A DNA stretch of 64,000 nt from Eubacteriales bacterium (GTDB lineage: Bacteria > Bacillota > Clostridia > Oscillospirales > CAG-382): positions 20,517-84,516 of the forward strand of contig JAZNUB010000041.1 of the NCBI GenBank assembly GCA_045592105.1. Reading direction: 5' to 3'. The notes beneath the pieces are model-generated. The model saw only the letters and a program-made list of their open reading frames with translations. It was not told the DNA's origin and did not search any database. How positions within the stretch are numbered: the first letter of the stretch is position 1; every line of letters begins with the position of its first letter. A program made the translations under genes and the position numbers. Of this stretch, positions 10,007 to 18,375 are shown piece by piece.

Positions 10007-10037
10007 CAATGATAAGTCTAGAAAATGAGGTGTCATT

Positions 10038-11498
10038 ATGGATGGCGTAGAAAAATCTAACATTTATATGGAGGATGGTCAGGATCATGAGTGCTGTAGT
10101 CTTACAGATATGGTATTCAAAGATCTCGACTATAGCCAATATAAGAACCCTATTTCTTTCTTTAGAAGCGATTTTAGTCGCAGCAGATTCTACAGTTGTA
10201 CATTCAATCGAAATTCGTTTGGGCGGGCAGATTTTATTGATGTCTTAATTAAAAACACAGAATTTGAATCTGTTGATTTTGGTTCTTGCTTGCTTAAAAA
10301 CGTATTGCTCGAAAAAGTGATTTTTTCTCGTAACAGTTATCGCGGTATAGCAATCCAATATACATGTTTTAGGAAGTGTGTTTTCAGAAATGAGGATTTC
10401 ATCACCAATATGTATCATTGCGAATTTCACGAGTGTACATTCATAAACTGTACATTCAAAAAATCATCTCTTGATTCTAATACATTTTCAAATTGTGAGT
10501 TTATCAAAGTAGATATGTCAGAGTGTATTGCAGAGAATTTAAAATTCGGTAATTGCTCGTTACGAGATGTATTCCTTGGAGCTAATCTTTGGACAACCTA
10601 TTTATATCGAGACACAGATATATACAGCTTTGGCTTTAAGTATAGAGGTAAACAAGTTGATATTTGGAATGGAGATCCTGCATCATTTGTAGGCGGATTG
10701 TTACAGAAGGAACTATTCTTTGAGTACTTTAATGTTTTAATAATCGGTGATCTCATTCCCCAATATGGCTTTGCATGTGAATTTGAAAGATTATTCCCCC
10801 AAATAATGACACTATCTTCACAGCAAAGGAAGAGAACGATTATAAAAATACTGGATATGCTCCTATTTTATCAAAACTATCAAAAGCTTCCAATTGGCGA
10901 ATATCTTTCTGTGTATACTTACTTGCTTCAAATGAATTGGGGAGATACTCCATTTGATGAAGTACTTATATACAATGCTGAATTGTTCAAAATTCAAAAA
11001 TCCATGGAGCAGTTAGACTTTGATTTGTCCTACATTAGAAGCTTTCCAACCAACGCTATCTGTATATCTAAGTATCATATCAACTGTGATGATGCTGCAA
11101 TTGCGCGGGAGTATTTAGAAAATGTCTTTAATTCAGCAAATCATCTGTTATGTGGTAATGAGTATAGTCAGCCATTAATTAAAGTAATTAATGAGGAAAA
11201 AGGGTCTGTAATTCTAACGATAGCTTCTGCTGCAGTTTTAGCACTGCTTGTATCATATGTTGCCAAAAAGGTTATGCACAATTTACATAGTATTCAAATA
11301 GAACACGGAATCAAAAAGCAATTATTAAGAAGTTTAACGGAGGGAGGAACAGATATATCCGATATCAAAAAAAGCTGTACGCTTGCCCAAAAACTAGATT
11401 TGCTGCCCAATGAAAAAGATTCTGAGCACATTAATCGTCTTTCATCCGAACTCACTAAGGGTGAGATACTTGATATCATTCTAAATTTCCTATTTTAG
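10038..11498 (+). CDS. pentapeptide-repeat protein with C-terminal TM helix
   Basis: Residues ~30-190 are runs of pentapeptide repeats (FSRSRFYSCTFNRNSFGRADFIDVLIKNTEFESVDFGSCLL...). One hydrophobic helix VILTIASAAVLALLVSYVAKKV sits near residue 400. GAGGTG RBS. Confidence 0.8.
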   Translation: MDGVEKSNIYMEDGQDHECCSLTDMVFKDLDYSQYKNPISFFRSDFSRSRFYSCTFNRNSFGRADFIDVLIKNTEFESVDFGSCLLKNVLLEKVIFSRNSYRGIAIQYTCFRKCVFRNEDFITNMYHCEFHECTFINCTFKKSSLDSNTFSNCEFIKVDMSECIAENLKFGNCSLRDVFLGANLWTTYLYRDTDIYSFGFKYRGKQVDIWNGDPASFVGGLLQKELFFEYFNVLIIGDLIPQYGFACEFERLFPQIMTLSSQQRKRTIIKILDMLLFYQNYQKLPIGEYLSVYTYLLQMNWGDTPFDEVLIYNAELFKIQKSMEQLDFDLSYIRSFPTNAICISKYHINCDDAAIAREYLENVFNSANHLLCGNEYSQPLIKVINEEKGSVILTIASAAVLALLVSYVAKKVMHNLHSIQIEHGIKKQLLRSLTEGGTDISDIKKSCTLAQKLDLLPNEKDSEHINRLSSELTKGEILDIILNFLF

Positions 11499-12660
11499 TG
11501 ATTCCTTCAATCAAGCATTGTTGATCAAGAAGTAGGTTTACGCGGAACGAATACAAGCCTTCCTCCCGATACAGATAACGTGAATGTGGTGTTGTTAGAA
11601 CTCCCGTCTTTTTTAAAATGTCCAACGCAAACTGGGTGTCATCTGTTTTTTCCGTATTTGGAACAGATAACAACGCAAAGTACCCACAGTTGGTAGAAGA
11701 AATCACTGTGCGTGTATCTCGTAATATTGCTTTTATCATCTTGTATCGATTCTGCGCAAGTTTTGCATTTTCAGCTATTAAACTTGTTAGAGTTTGAGAC
11801 GATACGAGTGAATATATCTGTGGAACCAGATTAACTTGTTGCTGTGCCATTGAACCTACCATAAATACAGAAAGGCGGAGTATCCTTTTCATTATTTTAG
11901 GAGAAGCAAATACAAGTGCAAATTTAGCCCCATTTAAAAATACTCGTTTTGATATTGACTCGATAAACACGTAATGCTCAGCGGAGCTTATTGCTTGAAA
12001 AACAGGAGAATTGAACATATAATATGATGGATTGAAAATATTCCATGGCATGCCGCCATACACATAATCCATAACAAGGCATACATTATGTTTGTTGCAC
12101 AGTGTAACAATACTCATTATTGTTTCAGTACTGAGTTCAATGCCACAACCAAATAGCGGGTTGGTAATTATAAGTGTATCAATGGAATTGCTAACGAAAT
12201 AGTTTTCTATAATATCGTTATGTAGCGAAAAATTATCGTTTGCACACAATTTATATTCAACGACATTGAAATCCAGTTCATCAAGCAGATTAAGCGTGGA
12301 AAAATACACAGGAGTGACAACCAATGCACTGTGTCTTCCTGCTTCTTTCAACGATGATAGTGTAAGCATTATGCCAGATGTACCATTTGACCCGATTGTA
12401 AAACTGTCCTTATGGAGCGAAATTGAATACTGATTTGAAAAAAATTTTTGAATAGTATCGCGATAACCTTCTTCGTCTGTCCAAAAATAGTACTTCTGAA
12501 CATCTGAAAGCTGCACAGAGTTAAGTGCTAAGCTTGGCATGTGAATGCTGTTATAATCAGCATCCCAATCCGATAGAAAAATTGGACTTGTGCCCGTTCT
12601 CTGGTAATAGGCAATTTTTGCTTGCATTATTGCTTTGATACTAGTATTATATCGTCTCAT
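11476..12660 (-). CDS. PLP-dependent aminotransferase-fold protein (class I/II-like)
   Basis: ITNPLFGCG (compare NPxNPTG), VMDYVYGG (compare DEVY) and SISKRVFLNGAKFA (SxSK PLP-lysine motif). ATGA overlap with the upstream GNAT gene. 23-nt convergent overlap with the pentapeptide gene. Confidence 0.7.
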   Translation of the reverse strand: MRRYNTSIKAIMQAKIAYYQRTGTSPIFLSDWDADYNSIHMPSLALNSVQLSDVQKYYFWTDEEGYRDTIQKFFSNQYSISLHKDSFTIGSNGTSGIMLTLSSLKEAGRHSALVVTPVYFSTLNLLDELDFNVVEYKLCANDNFSLHNDIIENYFVSNSIDTLIITNPLFGCGIELSTETIMSIVTLCNKHNVCLVMDYVYGGMPWNIFNPSYYMFNSPVFQAISSAEHYVFIESISKRVFLNGAKFALVFASPKIMKRILRLSVFMVGSMAQQQVNLVPQIYSLVSSQTLTSLIAENAKLAQNRYKMIKAILRDTRTVISSTNCGYFALLSVPNTEKTDDTQFALDILKKTGVLTTPHSRYLYREEGLYSFRVNLLLDQQCLIEGITKIGNLE

Positions 12661-13319
12661 TCTTTTTCCTGCCTTGAGATTAAAATAAGGGTCTTGTTTT
12701 CAGATCCTAGTGCAATACCTTCATAACCACATCGGAGCATTAGGTTTAACTGATTTATTTCTCCTCTTGGGACGACAAACATTTTTTGATCGTTATCTTT
12801 CTCCTGCAGAGGTAAATTTGCGCACATAATAAACCGTTTTACCCCATAGATTTCATCATGCAAAACAATTCGTTGCTTTATTTTAAAAGCCAATGCCAGA
12901 CTAGGCGTATTTTGAGGTGATACCGTGCTCAATAAGATAGTAAATTGAGGATCGATATGTAACATCAAATATCGAATAAGCCGTTCAGCTATTCCCAATC
13001 TTCTGAATTCGGGCACAATACAAATGTGCTCCATTTGCACAACAGAAAGAAGTTTTTTCTCATCATAATGGAGCAAGTGTCCAAGGTTATTCTTACCTCT
13101 TTTAGGAAAAACAAATGATACGAATCCGATGAGAGCGTCTTCATAAAAAGCCCCCATCGTGTGGCCGTATCCAGAAATGATTTTAATGATGTAGTATAAA
13201 CTAGGGGGGATAAATAAGTCATTGCTTAATGTTGAAGTAACGATTTGCAAACAACGAGAAATCTGATGTATGTCATCCAAATTCAATAATCTTATTGTAA
13301 GATGTTTCTCAAAATTCAT
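12657..13319 (-). CDS. GNAT-family N-acetyltransferase
   Basis: Motif A ICIVPEFRRLGIAERLIRYL. Start moved to MNFEK because the track start at 13373 lies inside repeat R2. Confidence 0.75.
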   Translation of the reverse strand: MNFEKHLTIRLLNLDDIHQISRCLQIVTSTLSNDLFIPPSLYYIIKIISGYGHTMGAFYEDALIGFVSFVFPKRGKNNLGHLLHYDEKKLLSVVQMEHICIVPEFRRLGIAERLIRYLMLHIDPQFTILLSTVSPQNTPSLALAFKIKQRIVLHDEIYGVKRFIMCANLPLQEKDNDQKMFVVPRGEINQLNLMLRCGYEGIALGSENKTLILISRQEKE

Positions 13320-13339
13320 CAATCCACCACGCATACTGT

Positions 13340-13394
13340 ATAATAAAATAATATCCTGTGTTCGTAATCTCACAATAATAAGTAGTTATTGTAA
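13340..13394 (-). repeat. R2: 55-bp element, perfect inverted copy of R1
   Basis: Its reverse complement equals 9952-10006 base for base. Lies immediately upstream of the minus-strand GNAT/aminotransferase operon. Confidence 0.95.
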
Positions 13395-13449
13395 GGTAAG
13401 TACGTACGTCAACAGAACACGTAAAAAAGAAAAATAACCTAATTATATC

Positions 13450-13467
13450 ACAATAATCCGGTTATTG
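13450..13467. promoter_or_regulatory. degenerate fifth copy of the repeat core overlapping a minus-strand promoter-like sequence
   Basis: acaataatccggttattg (CAATAA-N5-TTATTG). The minus strand reads caataaccggattattgtgatataat, an extended -10 TGnTATAAT aligned to the attattgtgagatta segment of R1-R4. Confidence 0.5.
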
Positions 13468-13553
13468 AAATTGAATTATTAAGTTTGTGCGCATGAACGG
13501 CAAGCTGTATCATAACTGATTTTAATATGATTTAAGAATAAATATAAAATACG

Positions 13554-13612
13554 ATAATCCTACAATAACTGCTAATTATTGTGAGATTATGATAGCTAGG
13601 GACTGTAATTTG
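13554..13612 (+). repeat. R3: 59-bp element, perfect inverted partner of R4
   Basis: ataatcctacaataactgctaattattgtgagattatgatagctagggactgtaatttg. Shares the core tacaataact..attattgtgagatta with R1/R2. Confidence 0.95.
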
Positions 13613-13647
13613 TTTATATCAAATTAAAACAAAAGTACAATGTTGAT

Positions 13648-14718
13648 TCACTTAGGAATGGCATATACTACTGACTCCTCATAATAACAAGAATGATGCC
13701 GAAAATATAAATCATATCCCAAACCTAATTTATGTATGTATTGAGGAATTTCTACATAATCTGATATTTTATGATATGAGCATACTGCTAATATTGGTTT
13801 ACAAGATTTAATAGTTTTTATTGCGCCTTCAAGTGCCTGCAATTCTGCCCCCTCGATATCTAAAGCGATTATTGCAACATCGCTGAGGCAGCAATCATCT
13901 AATAGTAATGTTTGAACAATACTATTTCCGTTACCTTCTGCGCACACTTTGGCTCCTAGTTCATTTGAATTATCAAAGGAAATGTAACCATTGCTGTTAT
14001 AAAGTGCTTTTTCAATTATTTTTATTTTAGACAAATTACAAAACTTTTGACGCAAATATTCTGTCCAAATTGAATTCGGCTCGAAAAGTATGGCATTCTT
14101 TATATCTGTTTGCGTTAGCGCCCTATCAATGTGACTTCCATTATAGGCGCCTCCAAGAATTATTGTTCCTTTTTCTGGAACGTTTGGCACTATATCATTT
14201 CCCCAGTATGGATGCCCAGAAAAAAGCATAGGATCATATACGCGTCCTATTATTCGTGATTTCCAATATTCCTTATATAGTTTTTGAGAAGTTGCATCTG
14301 CGAAAAGTTTCGAAGTGTCAATAATTTCTAATTCATGATCCAATGCATAAAAATATGCTTCAATCGATGTACATGGTAGTATTGGGAAATAGTAGCATTG
14401 CAAATGATCATATAGCTCACCTAAATAATTATAAAACTCCTGATCTTCTGCGGCAATCAATATTATAGCGTTCTCTGAGCGTATGTTTTTTATTTCGTGT
14501 AACGGAAATACAGGAATTCCGCGCACACCGTTTGGATACTCTTCTGGGGAAAAATCGTATATTTTGTATGGCAACGGCAATCGCGGATTGGTTTCAGAAC
14601 AAAATGGTTCTAATAGAAAAGACTCTGCATGCTTCGCACCCAAACATAGCAATGATTTAGTTCCGTAAAAAACTGGAGTTAGCATTTTTGTAATAACGGA
14701 AATACTATCAAGACTCAT
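13648..14718 (-). CDS. FkbM-family SAM-dependent methyltransferase with N-terminal extension
   Basis: GGAYNGSHI and IALDIEGAELQALEGA motifs of FkbM methyltransferases. Start moved to MSLDSISV (AGGAGG, then 7 nt, then ATG). Confidence 0.7.
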   Translation of the reverse strand: MSLDSISVITKMLTPVFYGTKSLLCLGAKHAESFLLEPFCSETNPRLPLPYKIYDFSPEEYPNGVRGIPVFPLHEIKNIRSENAIILIAAEDQEFYNYLGELYDHLQCYYFPILPCTSIEAYFYALDHELEIIDTSKLFADATSQKLYKEYWKSRIIGRVYDPMLFSGHPYWGNDIVPNVPEKGTIILGGAYNGSHIDRALTQTDIKNAILFEPNSIWTEYLRQKFCNLSKIKIIEKALYNSNGYISFDNSNELGAKVCAEGNGNSIVQTLLLDDCCLSDVAIIALDIEGAELQALEGAIKTIKSCKPILAVCSYHKISDYVEIPQYIHKLGLGYDLYFRHHSCYYEESVVYAIPK

Positions 14719-14751
14719 ATTTAAACCTCCTGTGAAAGGATTGATACCACA

Positions 14752-17700
14752 ATGAAAGACCAATGGCAATTTACATTAATATCTGAAATCAAATCGATCA
14801 TTCGGGGAAAAGGCTGTTCTGAAGGACTATGTTTTTTCCTTGGTGCGGGAGCAGATATTACTAGTGGAGGAATGCTGTTTTCAGATTTAAAAAGACGATG
14901 TCTATACCAACAAGGCATTTCTCTTCCTATAAATGCTTCACCTTTGATGATTGATTGCACCTTTGACCAATACTTTCGTGCGTTGACAGAAGATGAACGT
15001 TGTATTGTTTTAGAAAATCTTCTTCGCGAAACAAGAAGATTTAATCCGTCGGATGGATATCGGTTACTTGTACTCATGGCCAGGGAAAAGTTTGTATCCT
15101 CTGTAATTACGACTAATTTCGATAATTTAATGGAACAGACAGAGTTAGATATGGGAATTAATGCATTTCAGATATATTCCCCTGGAATTTCTATTCCGGC
15201 GTCACACATAATAAATCATCGTTCATCGAGGGCAATTTATCTAAAAATGCACGGAGATGTTGATGGTAGGTGCGTTACGCACCTCACAGTAGAAGAAATT
15301 AACAATCGTAATTATCAAGATGAATATAAAATATTGTTGCAGCATTTGCTTACACATAGTACGGTCATTGTTGCAGGCTATAGTGGCTATGACTCAAAGA
15401 TTGCAGATATATTTCAGCAAAATCTTGATCGATTACATACCGTATATTGGTGCAATCCGTCTTTACCAAACCCTGATGCTCCGCTGGTGAAGGTCCTAAA
15501 CAGTGCACAAAAGTTACGATATATTCAAACCGGATTCGATGCTTTCGTAGAAACTATTGCAAGTGAACTGTTTCGAGAGCGCATGATATTTCATGCAGAC
15601 TCAATTTTTATATGGTCGCTAATTAAAACAAAAATCGAAAAGCTACAAGATATCTATCGCAAGAGCGCAGACTTGCCAACTAGTGAAATCTGCATCCCAA
15701 GACTTGCCGCATTGTCCCAATTCGATCAATTTTTAGCCCAAACGGAAAAAAATCTTTTCATTTTATCCGGTCCTCAAGGTTCGGGAAAAACAGTTTTAAT
15801 TTCTCAGTTATTAATGCGCAATGAAGCGGATAACCTATATGTTGTTCCTATATCCGCTCCAGGTGCATTAGTTCCTGATCCCTCTGCTTATTTAATTGAA
15901 AATCTCGGCTATATTACAACCAACCCAATGTCTGTGCTCTATCAATTTACGGAATGGTTGCATGAAATCAAGAAGGATGTTGTAATTGTATTTGACTCCA
16001 TTGGCAGTGGACAATCTAGTAGGGAACGTATCGCAGATTATCTGAGTACAATAATAGAATTAGCATATATACTTCGACATGTTCCAAATGTAAAATTCAT
16101 AATTTCATTAAAAGACGATATATTTAACAACGTGGCAAAGGATTTAGATCAAAACTATTTGCGTACTGTTCTTTGGAGTAATAGTCATTCTCTTGGTCTA
16201 TCAAGTTTGTTCATGGACGGCTTCACGGACGAGGAACTATCTAGTGCTCTTCAAATATTCCGTTATCGTTTTACAGCACATGAGGTTAATGAGATATCGG
16301 ATGATATTCGTAGTTTATTTCGAATCCCATTTTTCTTCGGATTAGCGTTACAGCATAATTTCAACAGCGGAACATCGATATTTGACGTAGCGGGATTAAT
16401 GCCTACAATTGATCGTATCTTTGCGATATATGAATTGTCGTTCGCGGAAAGGAAGTTTCTCCAAAATCTTGCAACAAAAATGTTAAATACAAACAATTCG
16501 GTTTTGCGCATTGATGAAATAGAATTTGAAACTTTGCACGGTTTGAAACAGATTCTGAATGTGACTTCCGATTGTGTTTCTTTTCGTCATCCGCTATTTT
16601 GGCAGTACTTTCTCGTGCGTTCATATAAGACAAAACAAATTTTAAATAATGGTACGTTTGTTGACCTTAATTGGATAGCGTCTACTTTTTTGTGCGAAAC
16701 GACTGAACGAGCAATTCAAGAAAGTTTTGTATTATTTCTTTCGGATGAAGAAGAAATCGATTGCGTGTGTAATTTTTTTGTTAGATTGTTACAGGAAAAT
16801 CAGTGCAATTCTTCTCGATTATTGCATGTGAACAAATTAATTGGACAGGTAGTTGATAACTGGGCTATTAACCGTACAAATGATCTTTTGCAGTGGGTAA
16901 AATATGTAGATTCCAAAAGTGAAAGTTTTATATTAATTTCGAAAAGACTTGCGTATTGCTCGACTCATATGGATGATACGAATGCATATTTGTTACTGGA
17001 TATGTTACGAATTCGTTGTACAAATCCAATTGCGTTAGAGTGTTGCGTGTTGATCAATGATCGTTTTTCAGAGGGATTAAAACGTGTACCAGAGGGAGAG
17101 GAATGCGAATATTTTGGCAAGTATGGCTATATTCTTAAGTCCAACACCGCACTTGGAACATTAGTACAATTTGTATGGTTAATGAGTAAAATCGGAATCG
17201 ATAATCTCGAACTCAATCATTACACTCGATTGGCCAAGTGCGTAAAAAAACAGATCGAATCTTTGGACGTTTCTAATGTCACCAAGGAAGATGCAGAGCT
17301 ACTTAAAGAAGGTTTTGTACAAAATGTATACATGATCTTCTTTAATGCTAATAGTAATTTGGAAGAAAAATTTTACTGCTTCGCAGCAAAGTCTAAAACA
17401 TCCCCAATAATCCGTACTTTACTCAACGGCAAAGATGGTATAACATTACAGCATTTGTACGAAATTCGTTCATGTGTTGATCATTTCGATGAAACAATAG
17501 AGTTCTTTGTCTGTAATTTATTGTTTACGCTCTCTATGTTGCAAAATCCCAATCGTGCGCTTAGTGAATTGGATGCCCTGTATAATAGTTTCGGAGATAA
17601 TGTAAATATCCTTGAACTAGACTTCTATCTCAGTGCGTTGTTCATGTCTTGTTATATATCAGATCCCAGAGAACGGATGCAATATTTAACTCGATTCGAA

Positions 17701-18375
17701 CAAACCATCATCGATTACGAAACATTAATTTTTTATACACCAGCAGATGGACGTATATCATCTTGTCGGCGTTTTTCTGATCAATTTGATCTTGAGTTTG
17801 AAGATGGGTTTAATGCTCTAACAAACTATTCATATACAGCTCCTAGTATAAATTATATAAATCGTGACAATGAGAAACAGGGCGTTGATGAATATTTAAA
17901 AGCATACTGGTACCTTCTGGATACATTGGAAACAACGGGCAATTATGAAAAAATTCTACGACTTTTGCAAGCAGTCAGTCAAATGATTGTGAATTGGCCA
18001 AAAGAAGGATTTGATGCCTTGGAAAAATTTGTTTCGATCAAACATCCACTTATCCACCGCGGCGTAGTTAGAGTGTTGTCTCAGAACTATTTGCGTTATC
18101 CTTCGATTACAAAATCATTTCTTAACAAGAACGGTGATAATTTCACGTATCATGAACTTTTGGAGATTCAAGGCAATGCATCAGCAAATATTGAGTATCG
18201 AACGCTTGAGCAACTACAATGGGCGCGTATGTTATACTTTTTGCGCACATGGATTGACGCAGATATCATCGAAAAGGTTTTGACGATTTTTATTACAACT
18301 GATACTCTAGAATCAGCGCTTATGAAAATTATTGCTTTAACGAAAGGTTCAAATAGTGACGAATTAATTGGTTGA
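14752..18375 (+). CDS. SIR2-like domain / P-loop NTPase / helical-repeat protein (SIR2-STAND, Avs-like architecture)
   Basis: N-terminal motifs FFLGAGADITSGG, VITTNFDNLMEQ, YLKMHGDV and VIVAGYSGYD match the SIR2_2-type pattern. Walker A GPQGSGKT (nt 15769-15792) and Walker B-like DVVIVFDS. About 750 aa of mostly helical C-terminal sequence follow. Confidence 0.75.
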   Translation: MKDQWQFTLISEIKSIIRGKGCSEGLCFFLGAGADITSGGMLFSDLKRRCLYQQGISLPINASPLMIDCTFDQYFRALTEDERCIVLENLLRETRRFNPSDGYRLLVLMAREKFVSSVITTNFDNLMEQTELDMGINAFQIYSPGISIPASHIINHRSSRAIYLKMHGDVDGRCVTHLTVEEINNRNYQDEYKILLQHLLTHSTVIVAGYSGYDSKIADIFQQNLDRLHTVYWCNPSLPNPDAPLVKVLNSAQKLRYIQTGFDAFVETIASELFRERMIFHADSIFIWSLIKTKIEKLQDIYRKSADLPTSEICIPRLAALSQFDQFLAQTEKNLFILSGPQGSGKTVLISQLLMRNEADNLYVVPISAPGALVPDPSAYLIENLGYITTNPMSVLYQFTEWLHEIKKDVVIVFDSIGSGQSSRERIADYLSTIIELAYILRHVPNVKFIISLKDDIFNNVAKDLDQNYLRTVLWSNSHSLGLSSLFMDGFTDEELSSALQIFRYRFTAHEVNEISDDIRSLFRIPFFFGLALQHNFNSGTSIFDVAGLMPTIDRIFAIYELSFAERKFLQNLATKMLNTNNSVLRIDEIEFETLHGLKQILNVTSDCVSFRHPLFWQYFLVRSYKTKQILNNGTFVDLNWIASTFLCETTERAIQESFVLFLSDEEEIDCVCNFFVRLLQENQCNSSRLLHVNKLIGQVVDNWAINRTNDLLQWVKYVDSKSESFILISKRLAYCSTHMDDTNAYLLLDMLRIRCTNPIALECCVLINDRFSEGLKRVPEGEECEYFGKYGYILKSNTALGTLVQFVWLMSKIGIDNLELNHYTRLAKCVKKQIESLDVSNVTKEDAELLKEGFVQNVYMIFFNANSNLEEKFYCFAAKSKTSPIIRTLLNGKDGITLQHLYEIRSCVDHFDETIEFFVCNLLFTLSMLQNPNRALSELDALYNSFGDNVNILELDFYLSALFMSCYISDPRERMQYLTRFEQTIIDYETLIFYTPADGRISSCRRFSDQFDLEFEDGFNALTNYSYTAPSINYINRDNEKQGVDEYLKAYWYLLDTLETTGNYEKILRLLQAVSQMIVNWPKEGFDALEKFVSIKHPLIHRGVVRVLSQNYLRYPSITKSFLNKNGDNFTYHELLEIQGNASANIEYRTLEQLQWARMLYFLRTWIDADIIEKVLTIFITTDTLESALMKIIALTKGSNSDELIG

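Noticed and set aside
12657-13373. Track start codon of the 238-aa GNAT ORF at 13373 (MRLRTQDIILLYS...).
   Set aside because: The first ~18 codons lie inside the 55-bp repeat R2, which is also found upstream of an unrelated gene. There is no RBS there. A downstream ATG (MNFEK) has a GGTGG-type RBS.
14721-15077. 118-aa reverse-strand ORF, plus the longer FkbM start at 14769 that overlaps the SIR2-STAND start.
   Set aside because: The 118-aa ORF is antisense to the well-supported SIR2 N-terminal domain and has no RBS. The FkbM gene has an AGGAGG-7nt-ATG start at 14718, which removes the overlap.
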